Source: an uncultured Chloroflexota bacterium
GTDB lineage: Bacteria > Chloroflexota > Dehalococcoidia > UBA2979
Direction: 5' to 3'
Assembly (NCBI GenBank): GCA_902827055.1
Contig: CADEHD010000002.1
Coordinates: forward strand, 1 to 31,404
DNA length: 31,404 bases
Positions 1 through 8,276 of this stretch are shown one piece after another. Below the pieces are notes generated by a model, which did not search any database, was not told the DNA's origin, and was given only the letters and a program-made list of their open reading frames with translations. A program made the position numbers and the translations under genes. How positions within the stretch are numbered: position 1 is the first letter of the stretch; the number at the start of each line of letters is the position of its first letter.

Positions 1-2406
1 CGCGCGCAGGTCCGCCACCGCCGCGGCATCGTACCCAAGCTCTGCGAGCAGCGTGTCCGTGCTGTCCCCACCGATGGAGCCGCCTCGGTAGGCGCCGGGC
101 ATGCGGTCGAACGTCACGATGGGTCCGTGCCGCCGGTACCGCTGCCAGATCAGGTGATCGACCTCGGGAGCCATCTCGTTCGCCAGCGCCTGGGGGTCGC
201 GCAGGAAGAACGTACCCACCGTGTCCTTGTCGGCGCGCACGCACCCGACCCCGGCCGCGATCAGGCGAGCCTCCCAGGCATCGGCGTGGTCCGAGGCGAA
301 CACGGCCGCCAGCTCCTCGACGAGCGCAGCGTCGTTCGCGGTGCGTGCCTCGGGAGTGGCGAACCGCGCGTCCGAGGCGAGCGCGTCTCGCCCGATGCCG
401 CGGCAGAGCGCCGCCCACTCCTCGTGCGTCTGCGCGGCGAGGAAGACCCAGGTGTCGCCCTGCGCGGGGTAGAGGCGGTACAGCGCCCCGAGCCCGAGCA
501 GCTCCGCGTCGAGAGTCGGGCGGTCCGGCTTGCCCTCGTACCAGAGCGCGTCATCCGCGTTCGCGTAGGCGCTGGCCCCCATCATGTCGACGAAGACCTC
601 CTGGCCGACACCCAGGCGCTGCGACGCGTAGAGGCCGAGCATCGCGGCGGTGGCCGCCGTCATCGAGGCGTTCGGGTCCGGGTTGACCTCGTTGGCGCGC
701 ATCAGGCGGCGCGCCTCCTCGCGGATCTGCGCCAGCCCCTCGGCCTGTGTCAGCGGGTGACCGAGCCCCGCCTGCATGTACGCACCGCCGAGGGCCGCGC
801 CCGGGATCGGGTGCGCGCACGGCCGAGTGGCTCCGGGTCCGTCCGGCCCGTACCCGTTCGCCGAGACGTAGACGATCCGCGGGTTGAGGCGCATCGCGTC
901 CTGGAAGCCGATCCCGAGTCGCTCCGGGACGCCGGGCCGGTAGTTGTGCATCACCACATCGGTCTTTGCGAGCAGCCCCTGGACGATCGCCTGCCCCTCG
1001 GGCGACTTGAGGTCGACCAGGATGCTCTCCTTGGCGACGTTCGTCTTCGATGCGCCGATCCCGGCCCCGGGGCCCGCGCCCATGACGCGGTAGGGGTCGC
1101 CGCCGGTCGGCTCGACCTTGATCACTCGAGCGCCCATGTCGCCGAGGAAGGTCGCCGCGAGCGGCGTCGCGATGATCGTCGAGAGCTCCATGACCGTCAC
1201 ACCCTCGAGGGGTTGGCGGGGAGCGGGAACGCGGGGCATGCGGAGTCGAGGCGCGGGGCGCGGCGCCTCCGCGAAGACCGCGTGCGTGTGTTCGCCGACC
1301 AGCGGCTCGCTGGCGGCGACGACGCCCGGGGTCTCGGTCAGCCTCGCGACCGGACCGAGCTGCAGCATCTTGCCCAGCCGTGGGTGCACCGTCTCCACGA
1401 CGTCGCCGTTGACCAGCAGGTCGGGCTGGCGGATGCCCTCCTGGGTGGTGAGGTACGGCTCGGCGGCGACGTTGCCGTTCTCGCGGAACGCCTGCATCCA
1501 CTCCTCGGCCGTGCGCTCCTGCATGCGCAGGAGCATCTGGTCACGCGCGTATTCGCGCAGCGACTCCGACCAGGAGGCCGGCTGCCCCTGGAAGCGCGGG
1601 TCGGTGAGGAACTCGAACAACTCGGCGGCCGTGACGTACGAGTAGAACAGGTGCTCCAGCAGGTTGCCGAGCTGGATCCAGCGCCCGTCCTTCGCCATGA
1701 CCGGGTGGTAGTTCAACGTCGGCATCCGCCCGGCATCCGCGAGCGGGTCGGCGCCGAAGCCGGCGGGGTCGCGCGCGGCGAGCTGCTCGCGGATCAGCGC
1801 CCCCATGTCGTAGGGAAGGTGCCCGCGCAGGAGGCTCGTCTCGATGCGCTGCCCCTCGCCGGTCGCCTCGCGGGCCATGAGCGCCGCGATGATCCCCTGG
1901 GCCGCGGCCTGGGCGGAGCCGTGCACGCCCACCTGGACGTAGGAGAACCCCGGCCCGGTCCGCGGCGCGATCCCAGCGAACGTCCGCATGCGCCCCGACT
2001 TCGCGGCGATCAGGTGGTCGTTGACCGGGTAGCCCGCGTACGGACCGTGCTCGCCCCACCCGGTGTGCGAGCAGTACACGAGCGACGGGTTCACGGCGCG
2101 CAGCGTCTCGTAGTCCGCGCCGAACGCCGCAGCAGTTCCCGGTGCGAACGACGCGACGACGACGTCGGCGCCACGCACGAGCTCGTGGAGGCGCGCCTGG
2201 TCCTCGGGCTGCGTGAGATCGAGGACGACCGAGCGCTTGCCGCGCAGCCACATCGGCGCGTTCGGCATCGAGCGGGCGGGGTCTCCCCCGGCCGACTCGA
2301 CCTTGATCACGTCGGCGCCGAAGTCACCGAGGATCATCGTGGCGATGCCGGGCGCAGGCCCGCTGCTGAGGTCGATGACGCGAATATCGTCGAGTGGACG
2401 GGTCAC
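1..2406 (-). CDS. Double-domain family III CoA-transferase (CaiB/BaiF-like), 3' end runs off the window
   Basis: Not in the ORF track; translated by hand. GTG at 2406 gives MTRPLDDIRVIDLSSGPAPGIATMILGDFGADVIKVE. A second repeat EGVTVMELSTIIATPLAATFLGDMGARVIKVE begins near 1200. Reading at position 1 is GDSTDTLLAELGYDAAAVADLRA, a typical C-terminus. Confidence 0.9.
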   Translation of the reverse strand, partial: MTRPLDDIRVIDLSSGPAPGIATMILGDFGADVIKVESAGGDPARSMPNAPMWLRGKRSVVLDLTQPEDQARLHELVRGADVVVASFAPGTAAAFGADYETLRAVNPSLVYCSHTGWGEHGPYAGYPVNDHLIAAKSGRMRTFAGIAPRTGPGFSYVQVGVHGSAQAAAQGIIAALMAREATGEGQRIETSLLRGHLPYDMGALIREQLAARDPAGFGADPLADAGRMPTLNYHPVMAKDGRWIQLGNLLEHLFYSYVTAAELFEFLTDPRFQGQPASWSESLREYARDQMLLRMQERTAEEWMQAFRENGNVAAEPYLTTQEGIRQPDLLVNGDVVETVHPRLGKMLQLGPVARLTETPGVVAASEPLVGEHTHAVFAEAPRPAPRLRMPRVPAPRQPLEGVTVMELSTIIATPLAATFLGDMGARVIKVEPTGGDPYRVMGAGPGAGIGASKTNVAKESILVDLKSPEGQAIVQGLLAKTDVVMHNYRPGVPERLGIGFQDAMRLNPRIVYVSANGYGPDGPGATRPCAHPIPGAALGGAYMQAGLGHPLTQAEGLAQIREEARRLMRANEVNPDPNASMTAATAAMLGLYASQRLGVGQEVFVDMMGASAYANADDALWYEGKPDRPTLDAELLGLGALYRLYPAQGDTWVFLAAQTHEEWAALCRGIGRDALASDARFATPEARTANDAALVEELAAVFASDHADAWEARLIAAGVGCVRADKDTVGTFFLRDPQALANEMAPEVDHLIWQRYRRHGPIVTFDRMPGAYRGGSIGGDSTDTLLAELGYDAAAVADLRA

Positions 2407-2428
2407 AGTGAGCTCCGAGACGCACAAC

Positions 2429-2464
2429 GTGGCGAGGGGTGCGATCGTAATCGCACATCGCCAC
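2429..2464. promoter_or_regulatory. Nested inverted repeat containing a TACGAT -10-like hexamer, upstream of the CoA-transferase
   Basis: GTGGCGA-GGG-GTGCGAT-CGTA-ATCGCAC-A-TCGCCAC (7+7 bp stem). Minus-strand TACGAT at 2449-2444. Could be an operator and/or a terminator for the methyltransferase. Confidence 0.5.
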
Positions 2465-2469
2465 TTCGC

Positions 2470-3528
2470 CTAGCGCACCGCCTCGATCAACTCGCGGCCC
2501 GCTCGAGCGCCGGCGGCTCGTCCGATGGCGCCCGCGAGGTCCTCGAAGACCGGCGCGACCGTCTCGAGCGCGCCGGACGCGAGCAGGTAGCGCGCGACGT
2601 GCCGCGCGACCATGCCGGGGTGCGCCGTCGCGCGCACCGACGCGAAGCCTGCGGCCACGAGGGCATCCGCGAACCACTCGGTAGTCCAGCGCCGCATCTC
2701 GACGACCGTCGCACGCAGCACGTGGGGCGCGAGCCGCTGCAGGAGCGGGAGCCCGAGGTCGGAGGTCAGCAACGCGTCACCGAACGCGCGCGTCGCGCCA
2801 GCGGCCGCGATCAGCCCCTCCGCGTGCACCTCGGCGGCGGGGCCGTCAGCAGGCAGCACCAGCGTGTAGCGGCGCTCGAGGGCCGGTGACTGCACGCGAC
2901 GCACATACGTGTACAGCAGCACGCGCTCGCCCGAGGCCCGCTCTCCGCTCCAGAGGTCGACCGTCTCCAGCTCGGAGGCGGGGAGACGCCAATCCTGGTA
3001 CGAGGCGCGGAGCACGCCGCCGGGGCGCAGTACGCGCGCGAGCTCGGCGACGACCGCCGCGGGGTCGCTCGCCTCCTCGAGGGACGAAGCGGCGACCACG
3101 GCATCGAACGTCGCCGACGCGAACGGGAGGCGGTCGGCGTCGCCCACGAGGAAGCGCGCGTTCGCCACCTCGAGACGCGCGGCGTTCTCGGCGCAGACGC
3201 GGGCACGGCGCGGCGAGGGGTCCACGCCCACCACCATCGTGCCGGGGCGGTCCCGCGCGACCGGCAGCGACGGCCATCCGTCGCCCGGGCCAATATCGAG
3301 AACGAACCGCGCATCGGCGGGGACATGGGCCACGTAGTCGGCGATCCGCGCGACGTCCGACCAGTGGCTGACCGAGCGCGCATCGAGCGGCTGGTAGACC
3401 CAGGCGAGCGCGCGGTCGCTCTGGCTCGGCATCAACTCGTAGATGGCGCGCGCCGACTCAAGGGGTTCCGGGCGGAGGTGCGCGCGCAGCCAGCGCTCCA
3501 CCTCGGTGAGTGGGAGCGGGTCGCTCAC
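2470..3528 (-). CDS. Class I SAM-dependent methyltransferase with an uncharacterised C-terminal extension
   Basis: Motif I VLDIGPGDG, plus VGVDPS, GDADRLPF and RVLRPGG. Start re-picked at GTG 3528 (GGAGGAG RBS), overlapping the upstream stop (GTGA). Confidence 0.85.
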   Translation of the reverse strand: MSDPLPLTEVERWLRAHLRPEPLESARAIYELMPSQSDRALAWVYQPLDARSVSHWSDVARIADYVAHVPADARFVLDIGPGDGWPSLPVARDRPGTMVVGVDPSPRRARVCAENAARLEVANARFLVGDADRLPFASATFDAVVAASSLEEASDPAAVVAELARVLRPGGVLRASYQDWRLPASELETVDLWSGERASGERVLLYTYVRRVQSPALERRYTLVLPADGPAAEVHAEGLIAAAGATRAFGDALLTSDLGLPLLQRLAPHVLRATVVEMRRWTTEWFADALVAAGFASVRATAHPGMVARHVARYLLASGALETVAPVFEDLAGAIGRAAGARAGRELIEAVR

Positions 3529-4367
3529 GTGATCTCCTCCGCGCACGCCGCCCCGAGGCGCACAACCTCGACACCAGCACGCACGGTCTCGCGCGTGGCG
3601 GCACCGCCGTGCCCGTCGCGGAACCGGCGCCAGCCCGCCTCGTAGTACGCCACGTACGCACCCGCGAGCGCATCGAGCAGCGGACGTCCCAGCGCGCGCA
3701 GCACCGCCACCAGCGTCGCGCGGTTCATCGACCACGCGTCCTCGTAGGCCGCGCCGGCCAGCTCGAGCACGCGCGGTGCCACGGGCGACACCCGCCAGTT
3801 CAGCTCCCCGAGCAGCGGCTCGAGGTACGGCCCCGGGCGATCGATCACGCGGAGGGGCAACGCCGCGAGGAATCCTCCGTGGGCGAGCAGCTCGGCGCGG
3901 TCGCGGACCCGGGAGGTCGCCTGCTCCTCCGCGGTGAGCGAGCGCGCCTCGTAGGGTGCGCCGAAGAGCGTGCGGACCGTGGTCGCGGGCGACGGGAGTA
4001 TCCCGGCGTCGCGCTCGAGGCGGTTGGCGATCACGAGCTGTGGCTTCGGAATATGGAGCGGGTCAGGCAGGCGCGCGGCGTAGGCCTCGAGGACCGCCGC
4101 GTTCACCTCGAGGGCCACGTCCATGGAGTCGAGCTGCGCCTCGTCGGCGTCGTCCGTGAGCAGGAGGTGGATGTCGACGTCGCTGAGGCCCGGCACGTAG
4201 TCGATCGGTGAGTCCCACGCCTTGAGCGCGGACCCCTTCCAGTACACGCCGCGGACCCGGCCGGGCAGGCGGGCGACCAGCACCTCGGCCCAGGCGGCAG
4301 CCATGGCCACGGTCTCAGCGCGGAGTCGCTCGGGCGGGCAGTCCTCGGGCCAGGTCGACATCGTCAC
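3525..4367 (-). CDS. Pol-beta-superfamily nucleotidyltransferase-like protein with a helical C-terminal domain
   Basis: GVYWKGSALKAWDSPIDYVPGLSDVDIHLLL fits the hG[GS]...D.D signature. GGGAGG RBS lies 7 nt before GTG 4367 (ATG 4361 is an alternative). Confidence 0.7.
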   Translation of the reverse strand: MTMSTWPEDCPPERLRAETVAMAAAWAEVLVARLPGRVRGVYWKGSALKAWDSPIDYVPGLSDVDIHLLLTDDADEAQLDSMDVALEVNAAVLEAYAARLPDPLHIPKPQLVIANRLERDAGILPSPATTVRTLFGAPYEARSLTAEEQATSRVRDRAELLAHGGFLAALPLRVIDRPGPYLEPLLGELNWRVSPVAPRVLELAGAAYEDAWSMNRATLVAVLRALGRPLLDALAGAYVAYYEAGWRRFRDGHGGAATRETVRAGVEVVRLGAACAEEIT

Positions 4368-4416
4368 GCGGGGTCCTCCCGAAGGGGCACCGGTCGCCGA
4401 GCCCACCGGCGTCAAC

Positions 4417-4671
4417 CTACCGGCGAGGCGCCGCGCCCCGCCGCCAACCCTCGCGCAGGGCCGCGCCCAGCACCGCGAGCGCCACGACGTACGCGACGCC
4501 GACCAGGGCAGCCTCCGCCCAGCCGGGCCACGCGTCATCGCCAAAGATGAACAGCCAGAACGCTCCGGCCCCCATCACCATGATGGAGGCCGCGAGCAAC
4601 CCGCCGAGGATGGTCCCACCAACGCCGTAGCCGACGAGGAACGCCACCCTCCGGAGGGTGAGGCGCGACAT
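4417..4671 (-). CDS. Small two-TM membrane protein, 84 aa, unknown function
   Basis: C-terminal part of track ORF 4417..5136: MSRLTLRRVAFLVGYGVGGTILGG..., two hydrophobic helices, 14 nt downstream of the MaoC stop. Confidence 0.65.
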   Translation of the reverse strand: MSRLTLRRVAFLVGYGVGGTILGGLLAASIMVMGAGAFWLFIFGDDAWPGWAEAALVGVAYVVALAVLGAALREGWRRGAAPRR

Positions 4672-4685
4672 CGCGCCGGACGCCG

Positions 4686-5108
4686 CTAGCCGTCGACGCG
4701 AGCGCTGGCGCTCCCCACGACGACTTCCTCGCCCTTCTGGTTCACCGTCGAGAGCGCGAGGTCCACGAAGTGCTGTCCGCCCTCCTCGCGCACGGCCTCG
4801 ACCGTCGCCTTCGCGGTGAGCGTGTCCCCGGGCCAGACCTGCCGCGAGAAGCGCACGCCGAACTTCGTGAGGCGGCCATCGCCGACCCAGTTCGTGAGCA
4901 TCTTCCCCGTCAGGCCCATGGAGAGCATGCCGTGCGCGAAGGCCGTCGGGTAGCCGGCGACCTCCTTCGAGTACGTCTCGTCGGTGTGGAGCGGGTTGTA
5001 GTCGCCGGATGCGCCCGCGTACTGGACGATCTGGGTCCGCGTGAGGTTGTCGACGACGACCTCCTCGTGCACCTGGCCGACCGCGAGCTCGCTTGCCTTG
5101 AGTGGCAT
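4686..5108 (-). CDS. MaoC-family (R)-specific enoyl-CoA hydratase, catalytic hot-dog subunit
   Basis: Hydratase-2 motif YAGASGDYNPLHTD with catalytic Asp/His, plus AHGMLSMG and VRFSRQVWPGD. Confidence 0.9.
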   Translation of the reverse strand: MPLKASELAVGQVHEEVVVDNLTRTQIVQYAGASGDYNPLHTDETYSKEVAGYPTAFAHGMLSMGLTGKMLTNWVGDGRLTKFGVRFSRQVWPGDTLTAKATVEAVREEGGQHFVDLALSTVNQKGEEVVVGSASARVDG

Positions 5109-5125
5109 CGTTGTCTCTCCCCGCC

Positions 5126-5608
5126 CTACTGCTCAACCGGACGCGAGGTCTGCACGCCGACAGAGCGGGCCGTGATGACCAGCTCGCCGTTCTGGTCGCG
5201 ATACTCGGTGATCGTCTCGCGGAAGGTCATCTTGCCTGCGCGGCGACCTTCGCGCTCCCACGTCTCCCCGGGACGCGACGTCGCCGTCAGGACGTCGCCG
5301 GGCCGGAGGTGCCGGTGGTACTCGTAGTGCTGCTCGGCGTGCAGGCCGGAGCCGCCGCCGCCGCCCGTGCGCTGCACGCCCGTCGCCTCGCGGCCCGAGC
5401 CGAACCAGGGCTGGCCGATCTTCGGGCGCAGGCCGTAGTCCGGGTCGAACTGCGCGCTCGCCTGCACGAAGGTCGGCGGCGCGATGGTGCCCCCGGGCTC
5501 CGTCGTCTTTGCGTAGGCCTCGTCGTAGTAGATCTGGTTCGGGTCGCCCACGGCCCGCGCGAACAACATGATGTGTCCGGCTTCCACCGGGAACCGGTCG
5601 ACAGCCAT
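5126..5608 (-). CDS. MaoC-like/FAS1-type dehydratase N-terminal hot-dog protein, probable partner subunit
   Basis: VEAGHIMLFARAVGDPN, APPTF, LHAEQHYEYHRHLRPGD; GAGGAGG RBS; adjacent to MaoC. Confidence 0.85.
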   Translation of the reverse strand: MAVDRFPVEAGHIMLFARAVGDPNQIYYDEAYAKTTEPGGTIAPPTFVQASAQFDPDYGLRPKIGQPWFGSGREATGVQRTGGGGGSGLHAEQHYEYHRHLRPGDVLTATSRPGETWEREGRRAGKMTFRETITEYRDQNGELVITARSVGVQTSRPVEQ

Positions 5609-5695
5609 CGTCCCTCCTCAAGCGCTGCTGGAATGTCCGTGCTTCGCGGGAGGATGGTAGCGCCGCGACTCGCGCGTGGGATCGCCCTCCGAGCG

Positions 5696-6100
5696 TTATG
5701 ACCGCGGCGCCAGCCGCTCGAGGTAGCGCGACCAGCCGTCCCAGAGGGCGTGGGGCGCGCCCTCGGACAGCGCTTCCACGGCAACGACCAGCGCCTCGAC
5801 CTCGGCATCCGACAGGGCTCGCTCGGGGACACAACCGAACGCGCAACGGAGGCGCTCAGTGGCGCCCCACAGGCGACAGATCAGCGGACGGACCTCGTAG
5901 GCGCCGCAGAGCCCCGTCGAGCGCTCGAGGTACGGGCAGACGAGGTCGTCGGCACAGGCACGAGCGCCGTGCGCCTCGGACAGCCGCCCCCACTCGAGGT
6001 CGCTCATGACGATGGGGCCGCACGAACCGTGGCAGAGCCGCTGGCATTCCAGGCGCGGCAGCGACTCGTAGATGGCGAGCAGGTCGGCCGTGGCGGGCAT
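5696..6100 (-). CDS. YkgJ-like cysteine-cluster (putative Zn/Fe-S) protein, 134 aa
   Basis: CQRLCHGSCG...CPYL...CGAYEVRPLICRLWG...CAFGC. ATG 6100 overlaps the ligase stop (TGATG). Confidence 0.75.
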   Translation of the reverse strand: MPATADLLAIYESLPRLECQRLCHGSCGPIVMSDLEWGRLSEAHGARACADDLVCPYLERSTGLCGAYEVRPLICRLWGATERLRCAFGCVPERALSDAEVEALVVAVEALSEGAPHALWDGWSRYLERLAPRS

Positions 6101-7686
6101 CACCCTGGCGCGTCGCGCAGCTGGTCCGCGAGGACTCGACGCAGCACTTTGCCGTTGGCCGTCCGAGGCAGCGCCTCCACGAATCGATAGGCATGCGGCT
6201 GCTTGTACCCGGCGAGGTGTGCCGCGGCGTGGCGGGCGAGGTCGGCCTCCTGCACCGGAGCCGGGCCGTCGGCGTGGCGCACGACGCACGCCGTGACGAG
6301 CGTCTTCGCCTCGTCAATGGCGAGTCCCACCACCGCCACCTCGGCGACCCCGGGGCACGAGGCCAGCGCCGCCTCGATCTCGATGGGCGACAGCCGATAG
6401 CCGAACGACTTGATCACGTCGTCGGCGCGCCCGTGGAACCACACGTAGCCATCGTCATCCAGCGCCGCGAGGTCGCCACCGGCGAACCACTCGCCGCGGA
6501 AGACCGCAGCCTCCTCGTCGGGGCGGCGCCAGTAGCCGAGCATCAGCCCGGGGTCCGAGCGGTGGACGGCCAGCAGCCCCGCCTCGCCCGGCGGGAGCGG
6601 GACCGGGGCGCCGTCGGTGCCGCCGTCCGGCGTGTCCGCGTCCACGGGCAGAATCGCCACGCGGCGCCCGGGCTGCGGGCGGCCCGGCGAGCCGACACGG
6701 ACCGGCGTCGCTGGTCCGGACGAAATGTACGTCGAGATCTCGGTCATGCCGAGCGCCTCGAAGAGGTCGGTCCGGGTGCGCGCACGCCACTCCTCCAGCA
6801 GGGCCGGCGGCAGCGCCTCCCCGGCGCAGAGGCCGTGGCGCAGCCTCTCGAGAGCCGTCGCGCCGTCGGCAAGACCGTACTTGAGCAGCTGGCGGTACAC
6901 GGTGGGCACCGCGACGAAGACCGTCACGCCCAGGCGCTCGATGAGCAGCGGCCAGCCCGCGGGGTCGTACTCGCCACCGAAGAGCACCGCATGGCCTCCG
7001 GCTGCCCAAGCGTGCATCAGTCCAACGCCCAGCGTGTACGACCAGTTGAGCGTCCCCGCGTGCATGGTGACATCGGCAGGACCGAAGCCCTCCCACGACT
7101 CACGCATGAGCGCACGCCCGAGGATGGAGCGCTGCGCGTGCAGCACGCCCTTGGGTCGCGCCGTCGTGCCGGAGGTGTAGATGAGGAACGCGGGATCCTC
7201 GGCGGCAGTGAGCGGCAAAGGGCCCGGCCCATCGAGCGACGCCAGCTCCTCGGCCAGCACCTCGACACCGGCGAACCCCTCGAGTCGCAGCTCCGGCGTG
7301 GTGATCACGGCTGCGGCCTCGGCGTCCGCACGCAGAAACGCGGCCTCCTCGGGGGTGAGCTGCGGCGACGCAGGGATGGGCACCAAGCCCGCGACGTTGG
7401 CACCAAAGAAGGCGAAGGCGTACTCGGGCGAGTGCGGCAGGCGCAACAGCACGCGGTCGCCGCGGCGCAGGCCATGCGCGAGCAGCCCTCGACCGATGCG
7501 TTGCACGCGGTCCCACACCTCGGCGTAGGTCCACGAGGCGTCGAGCGCGGCGTCCGTGTACGAGCGTGCGAACGTGAACGCGGGACGTCCGGCGCTCGAC
7601 GCGTCCGCGGCGCGGGACTCGAGGCAGTAGCGGGCGAGGTTGATGGCGGAGCCGGCAGCGGGTGTGGGCGTCGCGGGCATCGACAT
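6100..7686 (-). CDS. Acyl-CoA synthetase / AMP-binding enzyme
   Basis: P-loop IYTSGTTARPKG, plus GMTE, GDLA, GRADDVIK and LPRTANGK. Confidence 0.92.
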   Translation of the reverse strand: MSMPATPTPAAGSAINLARYCLESRAADASSAGRPAFTFARSYTDAALDASWTYAEVWDRVQRIGRGLLAHGLRRGDRVLLRLPHSPEYAFAFFGANVAGLVPIPASPQLTPEEAAFLRADAEAAAVITTPELRLEGFAGVEVLAEELASLDGPGPLPLTAAEDPAFLIYTSGTTARPKGVLHAQRSILGRALMRESWEGFGPADVTMHAGTLNWSYTLGVGLMHAWAAGGHAVLFGGEYDPAGWPLLIERLGVTVFVAVPTVYRQLLKYGLADGATALERLRHGLCAGEALPPALLEEWRARTRTDLFEALGMTEISTYISSGPATPVRVGSPGRPQPGRRVAILPVDADTPDGGTDGAPVPLPPGEAGLLAVHRSDPGLMLGYWRRPDEEAAVFRGEWFAGGDLAALDDDGYVWFHGRADDVIKSFGYRLSPIEIEAALASCPGVAEVAVVGLAIDEAKTLVTACVVRHADGPAPVQEADLARHAAAHLAGYKQPHAYRFVEALPRTANGKVLRRVLADQLRDAPG

Positions 7687-7692
7687 GGCGGC

Positions 7693-7698
7693 AGTGTA
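7693..7698 (-). promoter_or_regulatory. -10 hexamer TACACT 6 nt before the ligase ATG (probable leaderless transcript)
   Basis: Minus strand reads TACACT-gccgcc-ATG; no Shine-Dalgarno. Confidence 0.6.
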
Positions 7699-7775
7699 CG
7701 CGCCGAGGATGCGCTCAGGACGGGGCGGGACGGCTCGAGACGGGACGGTGCGGAGTCCGCGCCGAGACCGATCGA

Positions 7776-7812
7776 GCGCTCGGAGCAGGCTCGGTCGGCC
7801 CGCTCCGAGCGC
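7776..7812. terminator. GC-rich stem-loop downstream of the DUF35 gene
   Basis: GCGCTCGGAGC (7776-7786) pairs with GCTCCGAGCGC (7802-7812), with an inner GGC/GCC stem. No U-tract. Confidence 0.45.
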
Positions 7813-7821
7813 CGTGCCAAC

Positions 7822-8235
7822 CTAGATCGGGCGGAAAACGGGGACCGGGTAGTCGCCCGAGTCCTGCTTCTCGAACTCCACTCGGACGCGCTGCCCGATG
7901 GCGATGTCCTTCGTCGGGTCGGCCACGCCGACGACGTTCGACATCATCCGGAAGCCCTCGTCGAGATCGATGTAGGCGACGGCGTAAGCGCCGAGGTCGG
8001 AGAAGGCGGGGTTCCGGTTCTGGCGCACCACGGAGTAGGTGTACACCGTGCCCTCGCCCTGGGACTGCTTCCACGCGAGGTCGAGCCCGCCGCAGTGGGT
8101 GCAAATGAGGCGGGGGTAGAACACGACGCCGCTGCAGCTGTTGCATTGCTGGTAGAGCAGCTCGCCGCGCTTGGCGCCCTCCCAGAAGGGCTGCGAGTTC
8201 GGCTCGGGGAACCGAGGCTGTGGTCGATTGGGCAT
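7822..8235 (-). CDS. Zn-ribbon + OB-fold protein (DUF35 / ChsH2 C-terminal-like)
   Basis: PFWEGAKRGELLYQQCNSC...YPRLICTHCG, GTVYTYSVV, LDEGFRMMSNVV; directly downstream of the thiolase-fold gene. Confidence 0.92.
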   Translation of the reverse strand: MPNRPQPRFPEPNSQPFWEGAKRGELLYQQCNSCSGVVFYPRLICTHCGGLDLAWKQSQGEGTVYTYSVVRQNRNPAFSDLGAYAVAYIDLDEGFRMMSNVVGVADPTKDIAIGQRVRVEFEKQDSGDYPVPVFRPI

Positions 8236-8276
8236 GTCAGTCGCTCCTCGAAGAGTGTGGGGGCCGCGCCCGTGGG

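Noticed and set aside
127-2889. 920-aa plus-strand ORF
   Set aside because: Antisense shadow of the CoA-transferase; no family motifs. Stop codons are rare at this GC content.
5696-6100. Possible radical-SAM motif in the Cys-rich protein
   Set aside because: Spacing is Cx3Cx3C, not Cx3Cx2C, and 134 aa is too short for the barrel.
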